Part shown: in pieces, positions 12,141 through 23,290 of the stretch | Layout of the letters: the number at the start of each line of letters is the position of its first letter | How positions within the stretch are numbered: the first letter of the stretch is position 1 | Assembly (NCBI GenBank): GCA_030264375.1 | Contig: JASCQW010000142.1 | Location: 43,660,096 to 43,724,095, forward strand | Direction: 5' to 3' | Length of the DNA stretch: 64,000 bases | Source of the DNA: Carcharhinus longimanus | Lineage: Eukaryota | The notes under the pieces: generated by a model | The model's database searches: none | What the model was told of the DNA's origin: nothing | The model's input: the letters and a program-made list of their open reading frames with translations, nothing else | Made by a program: the position numbers and the translations under genes

Positions 12141-13329
12141 AACTCCCCTTTTCTAAAATTAAGAATGTGTCAATTAAGCTAAGTCAATCAAATATTTCAA
12201 TATACCAGCCTCCTGAAATGCCAACAGCAATTTTGTTCTGCGTGGGGAGAATCTTGCAGCCAATTCCAGGAACAATGTTAATGGTGCATCATAATAACAC
12301 ATACAAAGATAAATATTCATTCTTTTTCGATTAATAATGAGCAGGAAATAAAAATAAACAACATCTCCTGGATTCACATGTGACTCAAGATCATCCACAA
12401 TAGATACAACAGCTTCATCACAAAAAATAGATTTTGCATTAAAAAAAATTCTGTACATTCTTCCTATATAATACATTTGCAAAGATGTGGTCCATTCTGA
12501 ACTTAAACTCTGACACCTTGGTAAGATTATAAAATTACTTAAACATTCAATTACATTTTCATAATTGCTCAGACTTTACAATACTGAGGAAAAAAATTAT
12601 AGTATTTAATATGAATTAACAACCTTAAGCTGTATGTAAAATTATTCACACAAGTTAAATAAATTGACATTTCTTTAATTTAAACCATTTCCAAGTGTTT
12701 ACGTTTGGATCAGTTCAGTGCAGCAATTAGCCATGTACATACATACTTCCATTTTCAAACATTTTCAAAAGTTTACCAATACATACATTTTCAGTGGATT
12801 ACACTTGCTTCTACTGATGGTGACTCAAGAATATCAAGCAGTTTAAAGAGTACACATATTAAAACCAATTTCAACATTTACTGGAGTTTTTATGCATTTT
12901 AATGACAACTTGGGAGTCTATCCTTAAGTGTGTACTTTAGTGTCTGATTTTGTTCAACTGTTGCCCACTGTAGGTCAGGGCAACTAAATTTGCAACTTAC
13001 TTGTCATGTATATCCTATACTGTTGCAGAACATCTGGGGGTCTGTATAGCCTTTCATATTTGATAGGCTGAACTGCAACAGTAAAAAAAAATTAAAATGC
13101 AAATTTTGCAATGGCCAATGCTGCAAACAATTCACTAATCTGTGGTTTTTGCCATTTTCTGCCAAAACTTATAGATTACTCAGAAAACCCACACACGGAA
13201 ATGTTAAACACTAAGCCATGAAAGTGTCCATGACCTAGGCTGAAAAAAAAAAGAACTGCATGTAAGAGGAGCAGCATATGAAGAGACGGGAAAAGTACAG
13301 CATTTGACAACTGGTGCAAAACATTTGTT

Positions 13330-15612
13330 CGGACTTGCAAATGCACAATTTTTATTTAAAATCTTTATTTAAAACAATCTCTTCAAATATGCAAAGGCTC
13401 AGACCTCCATTTGTCACCACTCTCAACTAATACCTAGTATTTTATACATCTTTTAAAAAATAAGCATTTAGTCACCACCATTTTCTTTTGATTCAGTATT
13501 TTGGGAAGTCCAAATGGCTTTTCTCCTAAGAGGGCTATAGATCAGATTAGCGTATAAATCTTTAAGATGTATTTTACTACAGCATTCATCTTCATTAACA
13601 GCTGCCCTCATCCTCAGGCGGCAGATGGTCACACCAGTTTGATGCAGTGTTCCAGAAATACCACTAGTGCTCCCTTCAATTTGATGTTGCTCAGTACATC
13701 CTCAGTGCTTTTGGTCAAGACATTACAAGGTAGAGAATGAGACCCCAATCATCAGCATTAGCATTGGATAGAATCAAATTAAAAAGAACCTCAGGATCAG
13801 TAATTAATCTTAAAACTGCAGAAACCATTTCACCTTTATTTTCTGTTCACATTCTTACCTCAGCCTACTTGGTTCTAGAACTATGGCCATCCCTGTTCTA
13901 ACTGCCTCACATCACCTCCCGTGTTTTATGTTCAATGCCATATTGCACCAAGGCAAATAGGAATTTAAAAGTGTTTAGAAATATTGTGAACAAACTTTGC
14001 TTAGTTCCAGAATGAAAAATTTTGCAAGTATGAGAAATTGTGTACTGTGCTTTCAACTTTGGGAACTACAGGATCAAATGTCTAACTTATATACACCTTA
14101 GGTGGGTTTTTCTTTAAGGACAAAAACATTGGGCTTTCTAAATACCAAGGAATACAATGTACTCTACTATTAGCTTGCCATGCAGTCAGATTTTGGTGTT
14201 TTCCTATTATTTAACAAATTCCACCTCACTAGGTTTCTCCCAGACACCACAACATTTTTGCAAAGATGGCTTGTTCCTAGGTCTCAGCAGCTGCAGCAAC
14301 CTGGGTGATTAACTTTCTTCCTTTGTTTTCCTGTGAGGGAACCTGTATTTTCACTTTGTACCATTTATGCTCTAAATTGGATTAGGAACGCACAATGTGG
14401 GGAATTCCAAGCACAAACATGCCCTACTAGTCCTTGGGGCAGAAAACGTCTGAACCAAAACCGCAGTACAATCAGTGTGCTCATCTAATGTATTATGAAC
14501 TGGCATCTGCAACAGATACAATATCACACAATTCTGTTTTATTACTAAGCATCAATGGAATTACTGGCAAAGTACCATTTGCAGGTGAATATCACTGCTT
14601 AGCCAGCCCAATGACACAAACTAGCTCCAAAATAGCACATTATAAGGGTGGCAGTTCTAAGACAATATTAAAAATAGTATTGCTAGTGTAGGGAAGGGAA
14701 CATTTGCTACGAATACATAGAACCACTGGCAAAAAAATGCCAACTTTTAGGAAAAATATATTTGAAAACAGGAGAGACTTTCTTTTAGGTTAAACAACGT
14801 AGTTGAATGGATGGTTTTGGATATCTAACAAACTCATATTGGATGTAGGAGACATCAGTTGTTTCAGCACATATAAATGAGTAATTGACATGTGATTTTG
14901 GATGCTTTGGTGAACATGAAATCATCCATTTAACAGATCATCCACACATAGCAAAACCCATTAGTGCACAATGTTTACAATCAACTGGAGTCTGGAATAA
15001 AACATCCCCAACAAATTGAAAGCTTGCCATTTTTGTTGGCATCAACTGTAATTGAGAATGTGACTTCTAAAATTAGACACAAGCTTGATTAGAGACTTTT
15101 CAGTGTTAATTTAATAAACTTCATTTGTACAGTTTGGAAAAGTCTCCAATTGATTGTGCTGTCATAGACTGCTCCCATTCTATATTGAGTTACACTCATC
15201 TTGCACCCAATCCTACTCCACTCATGCACTCTCCATGTGGTACTCCGCAGGTTACAGAACAAACTCTCACTCGCACAGGAAAAATTCCAACAATTAAGAT
15301 GCTTTGAACAAACGAATACAAAATAATTTTTTTTTACCTTTTGCTTAAACTACAGTCGCTCAGTAGGCAAAATAATTTGAACATGGCTTTGTGTTTAACT
15401 ACATAATTATTCTGACAATGTCATCTAAAAAATCCATTGTTTTTTTAAACAATTACAGCACTCTTTAATTTAGCATTCACACATGCATACATTGTTTTGA
15501 AACAACCAGCCATCATTTTTCAGTGTTGGGTCAAAAGGGGGGTAGGGCCATAGCAAAATTGCAGAGTGACACCAAGACCCACAGAGGCTGCTGGACAATG
15601 GCAATACCCGTT
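13330..15612 (-). other. ILRUN: Probable ILRUN 3' UTR (~2.3 kb)
   Basis: AT-rich sequence without recognisable repeats between the stop codon and tandem AATAAA hexamers. The 3' end position is inferred. Confidence 0.6.
13351..13369 (-). terminator. Tandem polyadenylation signals (AATAAA x2)
   Basis: Plus-strand tttatt at 13351-13356 and 13364-13369, followed on the minus strand by GU/U-rich sequence. Confidence 0.55.
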
Positions 15613-15648
15613 TTAAGACTGACCAAAAGGATAAGGGCCATGGAAACC
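15613..15648 (-). CDS. ILRUN: ILRUN terminal coding exon 5 (GFHGPYPFGQS*)
   Basis: Minus strand ttttttttcttttcag|GGT TTC CAT GGC CCT TAT CCT TTT GGT CAG TCT TAA. Matches the recalled vertebrate ILRUN C-terminus G(L)HGPYPFGQS. This frame is not in the ORF track. Confidence 0.93.
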   Translation of the reverse strand, partial: GFHGPYPFGQS

Positions 15649-18600
15649 CTGAAAAGAAAAAAAAGAAGAGTGAAAATGTTTTCCTTAGCAACAGAAGCAG
15701 AATTTCATGGGAGTAGTGTGCTACTAACGATTTCCACTTAAAGTAGGGCTGTAACGAAGCCTCAAATATTGACATGACTTTACACATTAGTTTGAAAACA
15801 AAATATCTACCAAGCTCTTATTTCCACTTCCATTTCTGCCCTTGTTGCTCTTTCATTCTCCCTCTTTCTCCCTCCATTGCTCCATCTCCATTCACAATTC
15901 AACAGAAGACAGAAGAAGCCAACTGAAAATGCTGAAATCTCAGCTAGGTGGCTTCAGTTCAAGTCTCAGGTTCGAGTGACCTGACATTTTCTTCTAGGGC
16001 CAATTTTGGCAGGCTTAGTCGCATGACCTGAGTGGTATGGAATATTCTTCCATTGTCTGCTGACAATCCTAATGAACAACATCTGGGTAGAAGATAAATG
16101 ATTTCATTGTCCAAAACAGTCTCAATAATCTTAATCATTAATTCAAAAGCCAATGCACAAAAATGATTTGAAAGGCTTCGTTACCGCTCTAACCTAGAAC
16201 AATTACTGCTTATCCATGCAACCTTTTACAACCCATTCAAGTCAACAAAGTATGGTTCTGAATGATATAACAAAAGTCAACCACTTTATATCCATCATCA
16301 CAACAGGAAGTTAGAACAGTCTTGTAGGCTGAAAGGAAAATTATAAAGGGAGTTGCAGGCAAGCAATACAGTGATACAAGCTTGTTGGAGCTCCAAAGCA
16401 CTACAAGCCAGAGAGATGTTGCCATAAAGTGAAGCTTGATTCTTAACTGTGCCATTATGAACTGTAGGCCCTCATTTCCTCTCAGAGTGAGTCAAAACAA
16501 ATATCAAGGGTGTCAAATGACTTATGCCACTTTGACATGTCATCTGGTAAGCAACTGTCTAGCATGATTGAAGAAGGCCAGCGAGGCAGTCCACAATCCA
16601 TCCCCCCAGGAAATGTAAAAGACTTTAAAAAGGATTGGGGAGGATAGAAGAGGGGCGTGTAAAAGAGGAAAAACAATTATCAACTTCCAGGTTAAATGAG
16701 AAACTGAACTCAACCATTCTCTCTGGACCAGAGAAAAAAAGCTAATGGTGTTACACCAGCAAGAAGTAGAACTTTTCTGGCCCAAATTCACATTCCTAAA
16801 CACTTCTTAAAAGCGTTCTTGACAACATTTACTGCTCAATGCCAAATAATAAACACACACTAGCAACTCAAAGACACTTTATCCCTTTAAAAGATACTTT
16901 ATATTTACTATGAAGGAAATATGGCTGGCAGAGATACAAGGCAGCAACTTAGGAGTTACTCTGAAAACTTCTGAAGCTTCACTCACAGGTTTATGACAAT
17001 AGAAACCCTCTGTTTGATTTCAGCCTTGTATCTTGCTGCCAGTCATCCATCACCCCATAGAACTGAGGCCATTCCAATTTCCTATTGGGATGTGGTGGCA
17101 TTTGTGTAATCAACATTTCTCTGTGGCATTCTGTAAAGTCAAGCACACACAAAATTATGATTCAAAGACACAAAGAAAAAATTAAAGATTCTATTAAAAT
17201 GTCACCTTAAAAAATTCACAGAAATGAGTGCTGGACTAGGAATTTCAAAATCGAACAGCCAGATTCAAAGTATTTTATTTTATACAGCTGAGCTTCTCAG
17301 TGACTTACTAAATTTAATTGTATTCATAGCTCCTACAGCTAAAGCCATCAGCCACACACTGCAAATTACCCAGGCATATTAATCCTTTTCCAAACTCAAC
17401 TACAAAAGAATCTGATGTTTGAGCTATGAATGACTTGACTATTACCATGACACTGGTATTTTATGTTGAGTTTGAAGACAAGGGATGGAGAAAGTCAATA
17501 ATCCATTCAGAACTGAATAATGGCGAACATCCTTCGAAGTTAAATATTTGATACAGAATTATAATCTTCATTGCCTAACTGAAAGAAGTCCTCAAAATCG
17601 AATAATGGGAGTCCCATCTTACCCACGATCAAGTGTCTTTGGAGGCCTCCATCTCCTCAAAAACTCAAAAATGCTGTTGCCTCCCATCACCACAGAATAT
17701 ATGCTTCATGTCACATATTCTGAAAACAGAAGGAAAAGCAGCAATATTGAGCTGCAATGCCCCACAGTGTGCAACAAGCACAACAATAAGCTTACCATTC
17801 CTTCAGCTTCATCAGAATGCTTTCACAGACTACAGTTATACAGAAGCACAGAGAGAAGTATTCAATAAATGGTGCTCTCAAGATAGATACTGTTAAACGC
17901 TCTAATTATCTCACATCCTTCTAGCAAAGCAATTCATTAAGTGCCATGGTTTTACCCTACCAATGCATACAAACTCTCCAAAAAACAGACAACTGAATTG
18001 GTTCCACGTAGAAAAAAAAATTCAGGCAATTCTAGCTTTATGACATTATTCCTGAAGATGGCACTGTTCACAAAATGCACTTAACAAAAGAATTGCTTGC
18101 AACTGTTCACCTAATCAAACAATTCTTAATCAACATCATCATAGATAACTTCAAGAACTACAAATTATTATAGATCTTTGCACCTTGCAATATATATCAT
18201 TGATCTGTTTCCCTCTTCAACAACATCACAATTTTGGTATTTTTTGTGAAGATCAAACACTAACATGTCCAATTCTTTGTGACCAGCACACAATCAGTCA
18301 CAACAAAGATCGTAAACATTCGTGCAGAATAAATATATCCATCAATTAATTTTACAAATGCCCCATAGCTTAGCTAATAGAGGTTTTTCTAATTCCGCCA
18401 TGCAAGCCCGACAGAAGAGGAGAATTCTGATTTGTCTGTGCAGAATTAGCCAATTTTAGCCTGAGTAACAAGAGAACGCATTTGCCTTAAACGTAAGGAA
18501 AAACAAAAGATTCGCCCCTACCAATACCCAACTGCTCCTTCTCAAAAATACACGAAGGGGCAAAGGATCTGGTTTAGCTATAGCTTCGCTGTAGTTCAAC

Positions 18601-19399
18601 GACTAGCCAACCAGGGTTCAAGATAAATGGGGGTAGCAGGCAAACTCATCACCAAAGCACCACCAGTTGTCCGCATAACAGACTGGGACAAGAAATTCAA
18701 GGAAGGCCACCCTTGCTCTATACATCATAGCTCCACTGGTTTGGCGATTATAGGTACATGTGCAAAGACAAAGAAAACTGCAGCGAGTGTGCGAAACAGA
18801 ATCTGCGAGGAACTTCTGCTCCAATCACAGGTTCTATTTCTCCCAAGCTGTTGCTCCATCTCCCCCAAAGATAGGCTCCCTCTCTCTCGGTCTTGCTGCT
18901 TTTCCAGATACAGAACGTATGATGGGTGGGAATTAGGGAACCAGTTATCGGAGAAGCTGGAGCAATCATCTTGACCCACTCAATTCAGACATTCCACATT
19001 CTCCAGGGCCACTATGACCTGTTCAGGTTGAACTTTTGACATCATCTGGAAACAGGACACAGTCCAGGAAGTAAAAAAAAAGTAAAGAAAGGGGATGGGG
19101 GCAACCCTGAAAGCCAGAAAGGATGCCAGGGAAAGCTCTTGGTCGCACCAGAACACGGGCAGCAGCCAGGGAGACAGTCCATTACATTTTAATTTTGTGT
19201 GGTGATGGTAGAAGGGGACTGGAACGGAAATAATAAGAGAACCATGCATGTTAATTGCATCTTCTACTAGTTTACCTGAACTGCTTATGATCTGTTTCTT
19301 TGTAAATAGTTGGAATTTTAGAAGAAACTGATTCTCATTTATTAATGGAAATTGGGAATTATTTTCATGCAATAAACATTGGGTTATAACAGTAACTTT

Positions 19400-21522
19400 C
19401 ATTTTAATCAAAAATGCTATTAGAAGTAGTCAACGCATTGGTCTTAATTTTCCAAAATTCTCTACCTTCGGGGACTGAAAAATAGTAAATGTAATCTTAT
19501 TCAAAAATGGAGGGAGACAGAAAATAGGAAAGTTGTCAGTTAGCCTAACATCTGTTATAGAAAAGATGTTAGAAACTATTATTAAAGATGTTATTATAGT
19601 AGAGCACCTGGAAATTCAAGGCAAGCAGGCAAAGTCAAAGGTTTTGTGAAAGGGAAATCATGCATAACCAATTTATTGGACTTCTTTGAAAGAGAAAGTG
19701 CATCAGGGAGGGAATAGTGGAAAGAAAGAGATGGTAGATGAAGTGAATAGTTATTTGGCATTGGTCTTCACAAATAACATCCCAGAAATAGCCGTATATC
19801 AGGAACTAGAAAGAAGGCAGAAACTGAAGAAGATTACTATCATAGGGAAGCAATTCTTAAATTGTTGGGATGGTGGGTCCGAATGGATTTTACCCAAGGT
19901 CGGAAAAGAAGTGGCTAGAGATAATGGATGTGTTGGTTTTAATTTTCCAGAATTCATTAGACTTAGGGAAAAATAACGTAACTCTTATTTTTAAAAGGTG
20001 GGAGATAAAAAGCAGGAAACTCTAGGCCAGATAGCTTAACATCTTTCATTGGGAAATTGTTACAAACTATTATCAAAGACCTTATAATAGGGAACTTAAA
20101 TAAATGCAGAGTAATCAGGCCGCGTCAACATGGTTTTGTGAAACAGAAATAGTGTTTAACCAAATTATTGGACTTTTCTGAAGAAATAACCAGTGGTGTG
20201 TTTAAAGGGGAACTGACAGATTTTCAGAAGGGATTTGAGATGGTATCTTTTCAAAGGTTATTGCAGAAAATAAAAACGAATGGTGTAGGGAAGTAACATA
20301 TTGACATGGATAGAATATTGGTTAGCTAACAGAAAACAGTGGGCATAAATGGGTAACTTTCTGGTTGAGTGGTGTGCCACAATGGATCAGTGCTGAGTTT
20401 ACAATTTTTATAAATGGTTTGAATAAAGCGACTGCTAAGTTTGCTGATGGCACAAGTTGTAAACAGGATACAAGGTGGCTACAAAAGGTTAAATGAGTGA
20501 CAAAGATATAGCAAATGGAATATAATGCGGAATCTTGGTAGGATGGATAAAAAAAGTTAGGCATATTAGGTAGAGGCACCTGCGTTTCCTTGTGCATGAA
20601 TCGCAACAGATCAGCATGCAGGTATAGCAAGTAATTAGCAAAGCTATTAGACCATTATTGTTTATTGCAAAGGGAATTGAATATAAAAGTACAAGACATT
20701 CTAGGATTGGCTTCTAACATTTTGACTATAATTGTGCCCTCTACTTCTGTCAGCAAAATTGAATAAGACTAATTGCAATCTTGGCCTGTAGTTTTAAGTG
20801 AGCTCTGTACAATCACTCCATTTTAAATTCCTCTCTTTTCCTTTCTGTTGCTGCAGAAGGGGAAGGGTTTCTCAGTGCTTCTAGCTCTTAGTTTGACCAG
20901 TTTTGACAGGCATATGTTTTGCAATGGAATTTTTGTAACTTTGTTGATGCTTCCAATTATGTTGAGATTATGTTTCAATTATACAAGGCATTGATGAGAC
21001 CACATCTGGAGTACTATTTACAGTTTTGGTCTTCTTATTTAAGGAAAGAAGTACATTAGATGCAGTTCAGAAAAGGGTTACTAGATTAATACCTCAAATG
21101 GGCAGCTTGTCTTATGAAAAAAGACTGGACAGGCTAGGTTTGCATGCATTGGCGTTTAGAAGAGTAAGAGGCAACTTGTTTGAAGCATTTAAGATCCTGA
21201 GGGAACTTTATAGGGTGGATGCCAAAAGAATATTTCCTCTTCTGGGAAAATCTAGAACTTGAGGTCACTGTTTCAAGGTACGAGGCCACCCATTTGGAAC
21301 AGAGACGAGGATTGAGACACTTTGGAATTCTCTTCCTCAAAAGGTGGTTGAGGCAGAATCCTTGAATGTCTTTAAGGCAGAGCTAGATAGATGCTTGATA
21401 AGCAAGGGGGTGAAAGGTTCGCAGAGGTAGGCAGGAATGTGAAGTCCAAGTGAAAATCAGATGAGCCATGATCTTATTTCGACTCGAGGGGCCAAGTGGC
21501 CTGCTCCTAATTCCTACGTCCA
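19400..21522 (+). mobile_element. CR1 LINE (5'-truncated ORF2 to 3' tail), preceded by a duplicate RT fragment and interrupted by an inverted insertion
   Basis: RT motifs (caacatggttttgtgaaa; gagaccacatctggagtac; LDAVQKRVTRLIPQM..LSYEKRLDRLGL) and the tail gactcgaggggccaagtggcctgctcctaattcctacgtcc. Confidence 0.88.
20685..20954. repeat. Left arm of ~270-bp inverted repeat (partner 21565-21849)
   Basis: aaaagtacaagacattctaggattgg...ttgttgatgcttcc is the reverse complement of 21565-21849, apart from scattered substitutions and a ~15-nt indel. Confidence 0.95.
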
Positions 21523-21564
21523 TGAAATTGTGGTTCAGTGGCAGGCAACTCCTTTAGAAAGGGG

Positions 21565-21849
21565 GGAAGCATCAACAAAATTACAAAAATTCCATTGCAA
21601 AACATATGCCCGTCAAAACTGGTCAAACTAAGAGCTAGAAGCACTGAGAAACCCTTCCCCTTCTACAGCAGAAAAGGAAAAAGAGAGGAACAAGAAAAGA
21701 CAAGAATTTAAAATGGAGTGAATGTACAGAGCTCACTTAAAATTACAGGCCAAGATTGCGATTAGTCTTATTCATGTTTGCTGACAGAAGTATAGGGCAC
21801 AATTATAGTCAAAATGTTAGAAGCCAATCCTAGAATGTCTTGTACTTTT
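21565..21849. repeat. Right arm of ~270-bp inverted repeat (partner 20685-20954)
   Basis: ggaagcatcaacaa...ccaatcctagaatgtcttgtactttt; reverse complement of the left arm. Confidence 0.95.
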
Positions 21850-22894
21850 CAAAAATCTGATGAGAAAACAAATTTGCTTAATATGATCCAGAACAAATTA
21901 AAANNNNNNNNNNNNNNNNNNNNNNNNNNNNNNNNNNNNNNNNNNNNNNNNNNNNNNNNNNNNNNNNNNNNNNNNNNNNNNNNNNNNNNNNNNNNNNNNN
22001 NNNNNNNNNNNNNNNNNNNNNNNNNNNNNNNNNNNNNNNNNNNNNNNNNNNNNNNNNNNNNNNNNNNNNNNNNNNNNNNNNNNNNNNNNNNNNNNNNNNN
22101 NNNNNNNNNNNNNNNNNNNNNNNNNNNNNNNNNNNNNNNNNNNNNNNNNNNNNNNNNNNNNNNNNNNNNNNNNNNNNNNNNNNNNNNNNNNNNNNNNNNN
22201 NNNNNNNNNNNNNNNNNNNNNNNNNNNNNNNNNNNNNNNNNNNNNNNNNNNNNNNNNNNNNNNNNNNNNNNNNNNNNNNNNNNNNNNNNNNNNNNNNNNN
22301 NNNNNNNNNNNNNNNNNNNNNNNNNNNNNNNNNNNNNNNNNNNNNNNNNNNNNNNNNNNNNNNNNNNNNNNNNNNNNNNNNNNNNNNNNNNNNNNNNNNN
22401 NNNNNNNNNNNNNNNNNNNNNNNNNNNNNNNNNNNNNNNNNNNNNNNNNNNNNNNNNNNNNNNNNNNNNNNNNNNNNNNNNNNNNNNNNNNNNNNNNNNN
22501 NNNNNNNNNNNNNNNNNNNNNNNAGATATAAAAAAGCAATGCTTTCTGTTTTTAAGCCCCATCACTGTATTACAGCAAGACGACACCAGCAGTGTTCATT
22601 TGCACTCTAGGAATTCCAACATATTTCAGCGACATTGCCCGCTGTGCATTCTTGGAGTTGTGAACAATTAAAGGGATACGTAATGATGTATGCTGGGAGT
22701 TTGCTACTTGCATGAATTACGTCACTGAGGCACTTGGGAGATAATGCAGAACTCAAGACCAAACCTTCTGAGAGGAAAGACAAATACATATCCAACTCAA
22801 AACAGGATTGTGATTACACTACAGATCTTATTTTCAGTACAATGCCTTCTGACAACATTGCACAGCAGACAATTGGGACTCAAAATGTAATAAG

Positions 22895-23290
22895 TTGAAG
22901 CCCTCCATTCGAGGGTTTGAACAGCCAAACTAGGCTGATACTTCAGTAGTATTGCATTATCAGAAGTGCCTAAATGAGATGTCAGATTGAGGTCCTATCT
23001 GTTCAGGTACAAACAAAAAGTTCTCAGATACAATTCAAAGAAAGCTGGGATTTCCTTGTAACCTGGCCAATTCAACCAATTTAGACTAATTGGTCACCTC
23101 TCTTATCTATGACATTTGGCATCTTGCTGCAAGCCAAGTGGATGTTTCAAACAGCAAACACAAAATGGTGAAAGTCTTTTCATTAATGACAAACTAATAG
23201 TTCTGCGCGTCGCAAAAAACTTGAACTGTTTATTATAGAATAATTCCGTTGGAAGCTTTAGAAATTTGATACATCTTATGAAAAAGGTAT
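22895..23290 (+). mobile_element. Degenerate Deu-domain SINE (SacSINE1-like)
   Basis: gcattatcagaagtgcc...atgagatgtcagattgaggtcctatctgttcaggt...cctggccaa resembles the recalled Deu core. Confidence 0.5.

Noticed and set aside
18577-18597. Small hairpin agctatagc-ttc-gctgtagtt
   Set aside because: A 9-bp stem with G-U pairs is expected by chance; there is no supporting context.
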